Positions 1-9,726 of a stretch of 64,000 bases of DNA are shown here, piece by piece (within the stretch, counting starts at the first letter, position 1; the number at the start of each line of letters is the position of its first letter). The translations under genes were made by a program, and so were the position numbers. The DNA lies in assembly GCA_965215275.1 (NCBI GenBank), contig OZ244044.1, positions 1-64,000 on the forward strand, read 5' to 3'. This DNA is from Thermodesulfobacteriota bacterium (GTDB taxonomy: Bacteria; Desulfobacterota_D; UBA1144; Nemesobacterales; JAJCZQ01). Under the pieces are notes generated by a model. That model was not told where the DNA came from. It made no database searches and saw only the letters and a list, made by a program, of their open reading frames with translations.

Positions 1-3000
1 CCATCTTAGACCGTGGCTGAATAGTAAAGCAATTAAAGAATCTACAACAGTAGAAATTGTTAGGCCATCTTAGACCAAAAAACAGTATTATAAAGATAAT
101 ATAATCTACAACAGTAGAAATTGTTAGGCCATCTTAGACATGAAACTTCGTTAGGTTTAGATAAGTTAATCTACAACAGTAGAAATTGTTAGGCCATCTT
201 AGACGGTAAATATAATGGCTAAATCAGTAAAAATCTACAACAGTAGAAATTGTTAGGCCATCTTAGACTCACAAAAATGGCTGGGGTATTATGCTACGAT
301 CTACAACAGTAGAAATTGTTAGGCCATCTTAGACTTGCAGAGCTACTGGACAGACATACAGGGGATCTACAACAGTAGAAATTGTTAGGCCATCTTAGAC
401 ATTACCAGTTTTGGTATCCTAAAAGATTTGATCTACAACAGTAGAAATTGTTAGGCCATCTTAGACACAAATTTTATAGTGTAAATTCCTGTCTATCTAC
501 AACAGTAGAAATTGTTAGGCCATCTTAGACTTCCATTTAATTTGAAAGAACAGCTGGGAATCTACAACAGTAGAAATTGTTAGGCCATCTTAGACAAAAC
601 AGTTGGGGTTTTCGCTGTTTAAGTATCTACAACAGTAGAAATTGTTAGGCCATCTTAGACAGGAGATCGTACAATCTGGATGATCACGTATCTACAACAG
701 TAGAAATTGTTAGGCCATCTTAGACAGCCAAAAATATAGGTAATTATAATGAGATCTACAACAGTAGAAATTGTTAGGCCATCTTAGACCCGTCAATGAC
801 GCTGCTCGCTTGAAAATCTACAACAGTAGAAATTGTTAGGCCATCTTAGACAAGGTTGAGTGACTCTACATTAAGTCCAAATCTACAACAGTAGAAATTG
901 TTAGGCCATCTTAGACCTCTTGATGTTATAGCTGTCCGGATAAATATCTACAACAGTAGAAATTGTTAGGCCATCTTAGACTGTCGACAATATAACAAAG
1001 TCCTTTTATATCTACAACAGTAGAAATTGTTAGGCCATCTTAGACCCGAACTTACAAACTGTGATTATCGTGATAATCTACAACAGTAGAAATTGTTAGG
1101 CCATCTTAGACATGAGTTAGGTATTGCTTGCAACAGCAAATCTACAACAGTAGAAATTGTTAGGCCATCTTAGACGGTATTCGTACTTGGGGAACGACGA
1201 TAAATCTACAACAGTAGAAATTGTTAGGCCATCTTAGACGCGAGCTGTATATGATACGCAGGGAAATTATCTACAACAGTAGAAATTGTTAGGCCATCTT
1301 AGACCGATTATAAGCGTTTTCATGCGAGTTGCTATCTACAACAGTAGAAATTGTTAGGCCATCTTAGACTCCACAATTTATCCCAGCTGTAAGTCCCTAT
1401 CTACAACAGTAGAAATTGTTAGGCCATCTTAGACCTGAAGGTGAAACACGAGGGGAGTTACTATCTACAACAGTAGAAATTGTTAGGCCATCTTAGACTC
1501 AAGATGAGTAGTATTAACTGAATCAGCAATCTACAACAGTAGAAATTGTTAGGCCATCTTAGACTCGCCATTCATCCAGAACCTATTGAGCATATCTACA
1601 ACAGTAGAAATTGTTAGGCCATCTTAGACATTTGAAAAGGCTTGCGAAAAGTTAGGCAATCTACAACAGTAGAAATTGTTAGGCCATCTTAGACGTAAAT
1701 ATGATATTGATAAAAAAGAATTAATATCTACAACAGTAGAAATTGTTAGGCCATCTTAGACACCCTGACAGTATGGCCAGTACTCACGAATCTACAACAG
1801 TAGAAATTGTTAGGCCATCTTAGACACATTAGACAATCCCAGAGAGCTTTGTAATCTACAACAGTAGAAATTGTTAGGCCATCTTAGACTTTACTTCTGT
1901 AACAGAAACTTTATTTAAATCTACAACAGTAGAAATTGTTAGGCCATCTTAGACTAAAAAACAGCTGGGGTTTCAGGTGCTTATCAATCTACAACAGTAG
2001 AAATTGTTAGGCCATCTTAGACATAACAAAGTCAAGTAAACTATTTTCCCCGATCTACAACAGTAGAAATTGTTAGGCCATCTTAGACAAAACACAATGG
2101 CTAAACAGTCAAAAAATATCTACAACAGTAGAAATTGTTAGGCCATCTTAGACGCTGGGGCATAATGTTGCGTAAAGGCAGATCTACAACAGTAGAAATT
2201 GTTAGGCCATCTTAGACATAAAAAAACAGGTAAACTGTATATCAGATCTACAACAGTAGAAATTGTTAGGCCATCTTAGACCCGGAAGGCGATAAAAGAG
2301 CAGATCGTTAATCTACAACAGTAGAAATTGTTAGGCCATCTTAGACTCTACGATCCTGTGGACCTCTTCTTTCAGCTATCTACAACAGTAGAAATTGTTA
2401 GGCCATCTTAGACGTTCTATCGAGGAACTAAGAAAGTTCTGTAATCTACAACAGTAGAAATTGTTAGGCCATCTTAGACGATAAAACAGGTAAATTGTAT
2501 GTAAGCGATATCTACAACAGTAGAAATTGTTAGGCCATCTTAGACGATAAAACAGGTAAATTGTATGTAAGCGATATCTACAACAGTAGAAATTGTTAGG
2601 CCATCTTAGACATAAAAAGGAGGTAGTAAGTAATGGACTATATCTACAACAGTAGAAATTGTTAGGCCATCTTAGACTGAATATCGATGGAAGTGACGAT
2701 TATAATAATCTACAACAGTAGAAATTGTTAGGCCATCTTAGACGGCGCTTGTACGGGTCCACACGATATTATTTAATCTACAACAGTAGAAATTGTTAGG
2801 CCATCTTAGACAATAAAATTGAGTATGTATATTTCACGAATCTACAACAGTAGAAATTGTTAGGCCATCTTAGACATGCCCAGCCAAATAAGTAAACCAG
2901 CTCATATCTACAACAGTAGAAATTGTTAGGCCATCTTAGACCTAACCCTGCCAGTATGAATGATACTCATACATCTACAACAGTAGAAATTGTTAGGCCA

Positions 3001-4184
3001 TCTTAGACTGAATATAAACAACAAGCTAAAGCTGAACTATCTACAACAGTAGAAATTGTTAGGCCATCTTAGACTTTAGTAAAAATATGCGTGAATTGTT
3101 TGCATCTACAACAGTAGAAATTGTTAGGCCATCTTAGACTCAAAATGATGCTATAGCCGAATATAAGCATATCTACAACAGTAGAAATTGTTAGGCCATC
3201 TTAGACGCTGTATTACTGATAGCGGCAACTTGGAAATCTACAACAGTAGAAATTGTTAGGCCATCTTAGACATGAGTGGAGCAGATAAAACAGCTCACTT
3301 AATCTACAACAGTAGAAATTGTTAGGCCATCTTAGACGGTGCTTATCATAGTAAGCAATATCACATCTACAACAGTAGAAATTGTTAGGCCATCTTAGAC
3401 AAGCGTATCAAAATGAGGCGATTAGTGAAATCTACAACAGTAGAAATTGTTAGGCCATCTTAGACTGAGCAGGCCTGAAGCATTTAGGCTTTTTATCTAC
3501 AACAGTAGAAATTGTTAGGCCATCTTAGACAGGGAAGGATCTCCACTAAAGGAAGTCGCAGATCTACAACAGTAGAAATTGTTAGGCCATCTTAGACTAA
3601 AACTACCGCGGCGCCGATTATCATATCTACAACAGTAGAAATTGTTAGGCCATCTTAGACTCATAAAAATGGCTGGGGTATCATACTTAATCTACAACAG
3701 TAGAAATTGTTAGGCCATCTTAGACATATTATGTAATAATAATAACGATTATTGTATCTACAACAGTAGAAATTGTTAGGCCATCTTAGACCATCATGAA
3801 GTATGTTATTAGATTAAAGTAATCTACAACAGTAGAAATTGTTAGGCCATCTTAGACGGGACAGCATCATGTACATTGTAAAGCTTATCTACAACAGTAG
3901 AAATTGTTAGGCCATCTTAGACACAGGGACGAGGCTTTGGATTTTTATACAGATCTACAACAGTAGAAATTGTTAGGCCATCTTAGACATGGATGTATAC
4001 ATGGACGAGGGGCTTAATCTACAACAGTAGAAATTGTTAGGCCATCTTAGACTGATTATAAGGTACTCAGTGATTTACACACTATCTACAACAGTAGAAA
4101 TTGTTAGGCCATCTTAGACTGAGCAGGCCTGAAGCTTTTAAACTGTTTATCTACAACAGTAGAAATTGTTAGGCCATCTTAGAC
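1..4184 (-). CRISPR. Type V-A-like CRISPR array, about 64 spacers (26-32 bp), 36-bp repeat, truncated by the window start
   Basis: Repeat ATCTACAACAGTAGAAATTGTTAGGCCATCTTAGAC on +; its reverse complement GTCTAAGATGGCCTAACAATTTCTACTGTTGTAGAT ends in the Cas12a handle AATTTCTACTGTTGTAGAT. Manual count: 64 full repeats plus 1 partial. Confidence 0.99.
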
Positions 4185-4349
4185 CGATAACTTTGCCAAA
4201 CGACCTGAATATGCCTCTTTTTTGTGCAAGATGACCTGAAATACTTGAATTAAACACTTTATTTTACAGGAATTATGACACCTAACGATATTAAGACCAA
4301 GATTTACAGTTTGTCAAAGAACTTATGTATTGCGAGTAATTATAGAGAT
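4185..4349 (-). promoter_or_regulatory. CRISPR leader (AT-rich, between cas2 stop and first repeat)
   Basis: Non-coding AT-rich segment next to the first repeat in transcription orientation; GACCTGAA occurs twice (4202, 4233). Confidence 0.75.
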
Positions 4350-4625
4350 TCAATCAATAAATATCAAGTTTTCGTCATTGTTCTTTGCATATCCAAACTT
4401 CAACTGCTTACAGTTTTTACTGAGAATAAAGATAACAACACTGTCCTTTTGAGAAAAATGACGGCTAAATTTACCTTCTATCTCAGATATGATGTTATTC
4501 AACATTCTGTCACTATTTCTAATTTGAAAGACGGAATATTGTAAACGATAGCCAAACTTGCTTAAAAATCTGGATAGTTTCCCTCGTATCTTATCATCGC
4601 TTATATCATATGAAACAATCAGCAT
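4350..4625 (-). CDS. cas2: CRISPR-associated endonuclease Cas2
   Basis: MLIVSYDISDD...RLQYSVF motifs, 91 aa, next to the array. Confidence 0.97.
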   Translation of the reverse strand: MLIVSYDISDDKIRGKLSRFLSKFGYRLQYSVFQIRNSDRMLNNIISEIEGKFSRHFSQKDSVVIFILSKNCKQLKFGYAKNNDENLIFID

Positions 4626-4626
4626 T

Positions 4627-5598
4627 TTATTGATCTGAAAGAAGAAAAACCGGGTATTCCTCTATTGATTTTTCGCGAACAAAACATCTGTAATACTGCT
4701 GTATGAAAAGGAACATGGGTTTTCTGTAACTCAATATTTCTTTTAACAACCATTCTATGTATGGTTTGCCGGGTTTACCGAAAATGCGGTATTGTTTGTT
4801 TACAATGGTAAAATCCTCTTCTTTTATCTGACCGAGGGAGTATGCCTTTTTTATACGGGCGTCAATAATCGGTCGGAAAGGTTCTACAATATCGCACACC
4901 AAAGATTTTCTCTGGTAAAAACACTGATGGTAAACGCCTTTGTAGATGTCAAAACCGTAAAGGTTTAAAAGACTTTCAATTAAATTAAACAAAAATGTGT
5001 AACCGGTATCCTGAAGTGAATTGATCGGATCGTGTTTAACTCTTGGTCTACGAACTGTCCAATTACAGTTTTTGAAAAGTATCTTGAAGTATTCTCTGGA
5101 AGCAATTCCCTCGAAACCTAAAATTTCTTTCAGTTCCAATTTGTCTTCGGCAATGCGTGAGATATATTCCTCCAATCTTGCTATAGTTTCCTTTGCTTGA
5201 TTGTTTTTATTACGGGACTTTTTGAGTAAAAACTTTTGGTTGTTTATTTTGTTCCTTATCAGGTGCTTGGCAATGTAAAGCGACGAGTAACTGTACTGTT
5301 TTTCTCTCAGGAGAAAATTTCCCTCCGTTTTTGCTTCCCATATTCCGTATACACGCAGTCCATTGGTCATAAAAATGAGCGTGAAACCGAATTTTTCAGC
5401 ACGCTGAAGCAAACCTGATGTAATGGTTGCATTACCTACTATGAAAACAGCAAACAGACTGTAGCAAGTTGATTGATGAACGATCTTATCTTCTTTATTT
5501 TTTACAACGAGATTATCGTTTGCGAAATTTAATCTTTCTCCCTTGCTTGTAAAAATAAACACTACCTGTTTTTCCATAAAATCCGGTAAACTCATCAT
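4627..5598 (-). CDS. cas1: CRISPR-associated endonuclease Cas1 (type V-A associated)
   Basis: 323 aa; LGFEGIAS, GVYH, SLVCDIVEPFRPIID motifs; lies between cas4 and cas2. Confidence 0.97.
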   Translation of the reverse strand: MMSLPDFMEKQVVFIFTSKGERLNFANDNLVVKNKEDKIVHQSTCYSLFAVFIVGNATITSGLLQRAEKFGFTLIFMTNGLRVYGIWEAKTEGNFLLREKQYSYSSLYIAKHLIRNKINNQKFLLKKSRNKNNQAKETIARLEEYISRIAEDKLELKEILGFEGIASREYFKILFKNCNWTVRRPRVKHDPINSLQDTGYTFLFNLIESLLNLYGFDIYKGVYHQCFYQRKSLVCDIVEPFRPIIDARIKKAYSLGQIKEEDFTIVNKQYRIFGKPGKPYIEWLLKEILSYRKPMFLFIQQYYRCFVREKSIEEYPVFLLSDQ

Positions 5599-6155
5599 AT
5601 CTCGGGTTTTTTATCGCAAAAATTCGCGTATATACACTTGGCACATTTATTGGGATTTGGTTGAAACGGGTCTGTCAGATTGTAAAGATTGATATCTTGG
5701 ATCAGTTCTGCGAATTTTTCCTGCATGGGTTTATCGTCTCTTGGTAAATGAACTGGATAACTTTTATTTGTATCCATGCTGTATAAACGTAATTTCCTGA
5801 CTTGGTAACCCATCTCTGTCAGACAGTGATACTGTGCGTAAAGCTGAAATATGTAACCATCGTAAATGTTTTTGATAAGTTTTTTGCGTTCCGTAAGCAA
5901 ACCTTCTTCCTCATCAAAGATGTCAATCTTTCCATGCAGCTTGTAAAGTTCCGAATAAACCGAAATACCCTGTAAAATGTTTTTCCTTGTACTATATGTT
6001 TTGGTATCAATAGTTTCATGGGCTTGTCTACCTTCAATTTGAGGTCTGTCTTGATAGATCAGTTGTTCCCGTTTGCCGTAAAGTTGGTGAAAGTAGATAG
6101 AACGGGGGCAAAAGATAAAATCGTTTAGGAAAGATATAGGAATGTAATTTTCCAA
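5595..6155 (-). CDS. cas4: CRISPR-associated exonuclease Cas4
   Basis: N-terminal FCPRS, GKID..ERK, QLYAQ and C-terminal CAKCIYANFC Fe-S cysteines; overlaps cas1 by 4 bp. Confidence 0.96.
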   Translation of the reverse strand: MENYIPISFLNDFIFCPRSIYFHQLYGKREQLIYQDRPQIEGRQAHETIDTKTYSTRKNILQGISVYSELYKLHGKIDIFDEEEGLLTERKKLIKNIYDGYIFQLYAQYHCLTEMGYQVRKLRLYSMDTNKSYPVHLPRDDKPMQEKFAELIQDINLYNLTDPFQPNPNKCAKCIYANFCDKKPEI

Positions 6156-6191
6156 TACTGTTTTTTTATTCGAACTTTTGTTTTTATCTTA

Positions 6192-9100
6192 TTATTGTGA
6201 CGGTTGTTCCAAGGGATTTTTCATTTTTCCAATTTCCCTGGATGTTTTGATTTTCTTGGCAACGTTGTATGCTGCTACCTTGTCGGGGTCATCTATCTTT
6301 TGGAATAGATTAAACTCGCTTTTATAGGAAGCAGTATCTACCTCCGGTTTATGATCTGGTACCTTGTCTTGTTCGCCTTTGAAATGATAGGTATCAAAAC
6401 CGCAAGGACACCCGTCACCGCAGATAAATCGATGCTGTTGAAATTTTTCGTCCACTCCTTCTTTTCGGTTTTGTTTTTCCTCGCAGTAAGGGCAGTTCTT
6501 GCTGGTATTAGTTTCATCCGTAAAGATGATGGTTCCAATTTGTGAAGACCGGATAGAACCTTCTTGTCCTTGCTGTTGTTTTTTATTGTTGTTTTGTTTT
6601 TTTCTAATATCTTCTCTCAAGCGGATAATGTCCTTGACGTGTGGAGGAACTAATCCAAGGGTTTGGAACTTGTTATAGAGGGCATTTTCTAACCTGCGAC
6701 TGATATTCTCGTTGTGTTCGGCAAAATGTGTTTCAACAGTTTTTGAACTTAAATCCTCTAATATAACGAAACCCGGATAGGTTTTTTGCAGGTGGCAGAT
6801 TACCCCAACCATATTAGCGGTGATAGCATCTCTCAAGTTATTAATCTGCAGGATCGTGGGTGTGTGTCTGTGGTCTGCATTCAGTAGTTCATTGAGGTAA
6901 CGGTTAAAATCCGTTTCTATTCTCTCTTTTGAGAGAATTTTACTGTATTTTTTCTGATACCAGTAAATGGTTTTTTCACCGCCGTGGGTTTTTATATTCA
7001 ATACACCCTCGGGTATTTTTTGTTTATCTTTTCCATCTTCCTTGATACTCCACTCAAGTTTTGAATCTTTTTCTATTTCATGTTTAAATTCATACAGTTT
7101 CCGTTTTCCTGCCGTTTTTTTGAGTTTGAGATAGGTCATTACATCGCCGTTTGTTACGATCTTTCCCTTAATTACCTTAGCGGTGGTAAGATCTAGACAG
7201 GAAACGGTTTCCATACTAAAAAGTTTCTCATCGTCAATGAAGTAAGATAGGTTATTAATTGCCTTGCGCAATCTGGTTTCACCTTGTTTTGTCGTGTACC
7301 GTTCTGAGCGGTCATAGTCCTTCAAAGTGTAGCATTTTATGTCTTTCTCACCGCGGGGGAAGAATGGCTTTACAATTTTTTTACCTTTCTCCTCATAGAC
7401 TTCATTATCGGGATTAAACCTGACAAGACATAGAGTTGCAAGTTCAATATTACCACGGTCAATTCCATATTTCCAAGCTGTCTTGAAATTCATCTCGTTG
7501 TTCAATCTGTTGTTGAAGTCATTGATTTTATCTACAATCTCTTCCGGTTTACTAAAGGCAAGTTCCTCATATTTTTTGCCAGCGTTCAGTGCCAGGGTAA
7601 AACCTGCAGTGAATTGCTCTTCTAATCTTCGATGCTTGAATGAATTGTCAAAATGCCTTTTCTTAAAATATTCTTTTAGTTCGTTGTCGGTTTTGCGATA
7701 ACGGATTTTTACTTCAGGGTTTAAGCGAACCTTTCCCAGCTTAAAGCCCTTTATTTCCGTTTGTTCTGGATTGTCAAGACCGTCCCAGAATGCTTGCCAT
7801 AACTCGGTATGATATCTCTTATCACTGAATTTATTTCTTCCCTCCAAGTCGTAGGAACTGATCCCCAGGACCGTTACATCAAAATCCTTTAGAAAGCGAA
7901 GTTCATCATCTTTGTTAAGGTTTATTCTCTTGATTTTATAACAGGCATCTTCCAGAGATTTTTCAAATTCTTCTAAATTTTTTGCCTTAAGAATATTTGT
8001 TAAATCAAAATCTCCAAGTTCCAGGGCGTCTTCAGCATAACCGTCTTGCAATAGTTCCTTGTATAGCTTAAGTTGTTTTTGATGTTTGGCTTTAAGTTTT
8101 CTCTCATTACCATCTGTTTTGAATGTTTTGGCAGATTTTTGTAACTCTTTTAGCTTGTTTGGCATTCCTTTTACAAAGGAACTCTGTTCGGCAAAGCAGA
8201 GTTTGTGTAGTGCACGCGTTGTCAGAGATACAAAACAGCACAAATATTGCGTGTTTTCTGTTTTGTAATTTTTGCCTTGTTTGTTACAGAGGCTGTCATA
8301 GAAATCTCTTGCTCTCTGCATCTTATCTTTTGGTATAAGCCACAGCTGTTTACTGTCATTGTTTACATAGAACAAACTCCAATAGCTTGTTTGTTCTGCA
8401 TCCTGCTTTTCTTTTTCAATGCCCTTGATTTGAGCGATCAACCTTCCTCGTTCTTGAGCGACCTTTCTGTAATTCTGGCAGAAATCGCGGTACTTCTTAA
8501 AGTAACAATCTTTACCAAAAAAGAATAATTTTCCTCGTTGCTTCTTATTGTCTCGTTGTTGAATGTTTTTAGTTAACTCCATAAATTCATCATACATTCT
8601 TTTATCTTTTGGTTTAAGTTCGAATAGTGAAAACATTTTGTTGATACTTTCCTGATTAAAAGTGCGATAGCTGAAGTCGTATCCTTTTAGTAAATGATCA
8701 TCATTGCGAGATTTATAGCTGCTGCCCCGTTTACTGGCAATATGGGTCATAATTTCGTTAAAAATACTCTTTTGTTCTGCTTTGAAGGCTTTCATCGCAG
8801 AGTAAGTTTGATCTAATGAAAGAGTAATGTCAGCGTCGAGATTATTCTGTAGGTTTTTTTCTATGTATCTTTTTATCCACTCTTTCTCTTGGTCACTTCT
8901 GAAGGTAAATATTCTCTTGTCCTTGTCAGTTTTTATTTTTTCCCAAACGTAATTGCCTGCCTTTATGGTTGTAAATCCATCTTTATCTTTCTTCTTTTTC
9001 GCCATGTTAAGTTGTGTATCGTAATCCTTGGGTTTTTTATTTACGGTGTAGTAATTGAAACTGGTTCTGGCTATTTCAATGCCGGAAGATTGAGATGGAA

Positions 9101-9725
9101 GATAATGTTCTTCCGCTTCCTTCAGTTTTTCCCTGACCTCTTGCAGGGTCGTTCTTAATGTCTCTATTTTTTTGTCCAGACCTACATATTTTGAGTGAAC
9201 CTCTCTTAAAAGATCACTGATATAGTCCAGTTTTGTTCTGTTCAATAGCACAGATATAATGCTGGCAACGTCACTGCGGCGCACCCGAGAGTGCGAGGGG
9301 TTTTCAGAAGCCTCTTTGAGTCGTTTAATGTATTTTTTCCACTCATCAAGCCATTCTTTAAACTTTGGATGCAGTTCTTTCAGTTCCCAAAGGAAATACC
9401 TGTTCTGTTTTTTGTTTGCCAGCCTAATCGACGCATAGAAAACATCTTTATGCCAGTTTTTCAACCATACCTTATTGACGGACAGTTTTTTATTGAAAAC
9501 TGATTGACCATCTTTTGTTCTTACGTAAAACAGGGATGTCAGTTTTGTATGTGATTCTAATAATAACTCAGTCAATTCTGGCAGATTATTTTTGGATACG
9601 TCCCTGTTGGTCCTGTCTTTAAAGCACTTGCTTTGCCTTTGAGGTTTGGTTCTAAAACGAATGGCACGGGTGTATTGATATGGGTTATCTTTTAAAGTGA
9701 GCGTTGTATGATTATCTCTGTTCAT
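6192..9725 (-). CDS. Second type V effector, Cas12a2/Cas12a3 (Cms1, Smithella-type) clade RuvC nuclease
   Basis: RuvC-I GIDRGNIELATL, RuvC-II ILEDL, zinc ribbon CPYC...CPCGFD, RuvC-III DPDKVAAYNVAK. Motifs YLPSQSSGIEIARTSFNYYT, RALHKLCF, RLNPE and DLTTAKVIKGKIVTNGD resemble SmCms1 as recalled. Confidence 0.88.
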   Translation of the reverse strand: MNRDNHTTLTLKDNPYQYTRAIRFRTKPQRQSKCFKDRTNRDVSKNNLPELTELLLESHTKLTSLFYVRTKDGQSVFNKKLSVNKVWLKNWHKDVFYASIRLANKKQNRYFLWELKELHPKFKEWLDEWKKYIKRLKEASENPSHSRVRRSDVASIISVLLNRTKLDYISDLLREVHSKYVGLDKKIETLRTTLQEVREKLKEAEEHYLPSQSSGIEIARTSFNYYTVNKKPKDYDTQLNMAKKKKDKDGFTTIKAGNYVWEKIKTDKDKRIFTFRSDQEKEWIKRYIEKNLQNNLDADITLSLDQTYSAMKAFKAEQKSIFNEIMTHIASKRGSSYKSRNDDHLLKGYDFSYRTFNQESINKMFSLFELKPKDKRMYDEFMELTKNIQQRDNKKQRGKLFFFGKDCYFKKYRDFCQNYRKVAQERGRLIAQIKGIEKEKQDAEQTSYWSLFYVNNDSKQLWLIPKDKMQRARDFYDSLCNKQGKNYKTENTQYLCCFVSLTTRALHKLCFAEQSSFVKGMPNKLKELQKSAKTFKTDGNERKLKAKHQKQLKLYKELLQDGYAEDALELGDFDLTNILKAKNLEEFEKSLEDACYKIKRINLNKDDELRFLKDFDVTVLGISSYDLEGRNKFSDKRYHTELWQAFWDGLDNPEQTEIKGFKLGKVRLNPEVKIRYRKTDNELKEYFKKRHFDNSFKHRRLEEQFTAGFTLALNAGKKYEELAFSKPEEIVDKINDFNNRLNNEMNFKTAWKYGIDRGNIELATLCLVRFNPDNEVYEEKGKKIVKPFFPRGEKDIKCYTLKDYDRSERYTTKQGETRLRKAINNLSYFIDDEKLFSMETVSCLDLTTAKVIKGKIVTNGDVMTYLKLKKTAGKRKLYEFKHEIEKDSKLEWSIKEDGKDKQKIPEGVLNIKTHGGEKTIYWYQKKYSKILSKERIETDFNRYLNELLNADHRHTPTILQINNLRDAITANMVGVICHLQKTYPGFVILEDLSSKTVETHFAEHNENISRRLENALYNKFQTLGLVPPHVKDIIRLREDIRKKQNNNKKQQQGQEGSIRSSQIGTIIFTDETNTSKNCPYCEEKQNRKEGVDEKFQQHRFICGDGCPCGFDTYHFKGEQDKVPDHKPEVDTASYKSEFNLFQKIDDPDKVAAYNVAKKIKTSREIGKMKNPLEQPSQ

Positions 9726-9726
9726 T

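Noticed and set aside
12..4148. Self-targeting spacers or a tracrRNA/anti-repeat
   Set aside because: No match noticed by eye within the window; not exhaustively searched, and Cas12a-type systems need no tracrRNA.
4275..4544. 89-aa + strand ORF over cas2 and the leader
   Set aside because: Antisense shadow of cas2, no motif.
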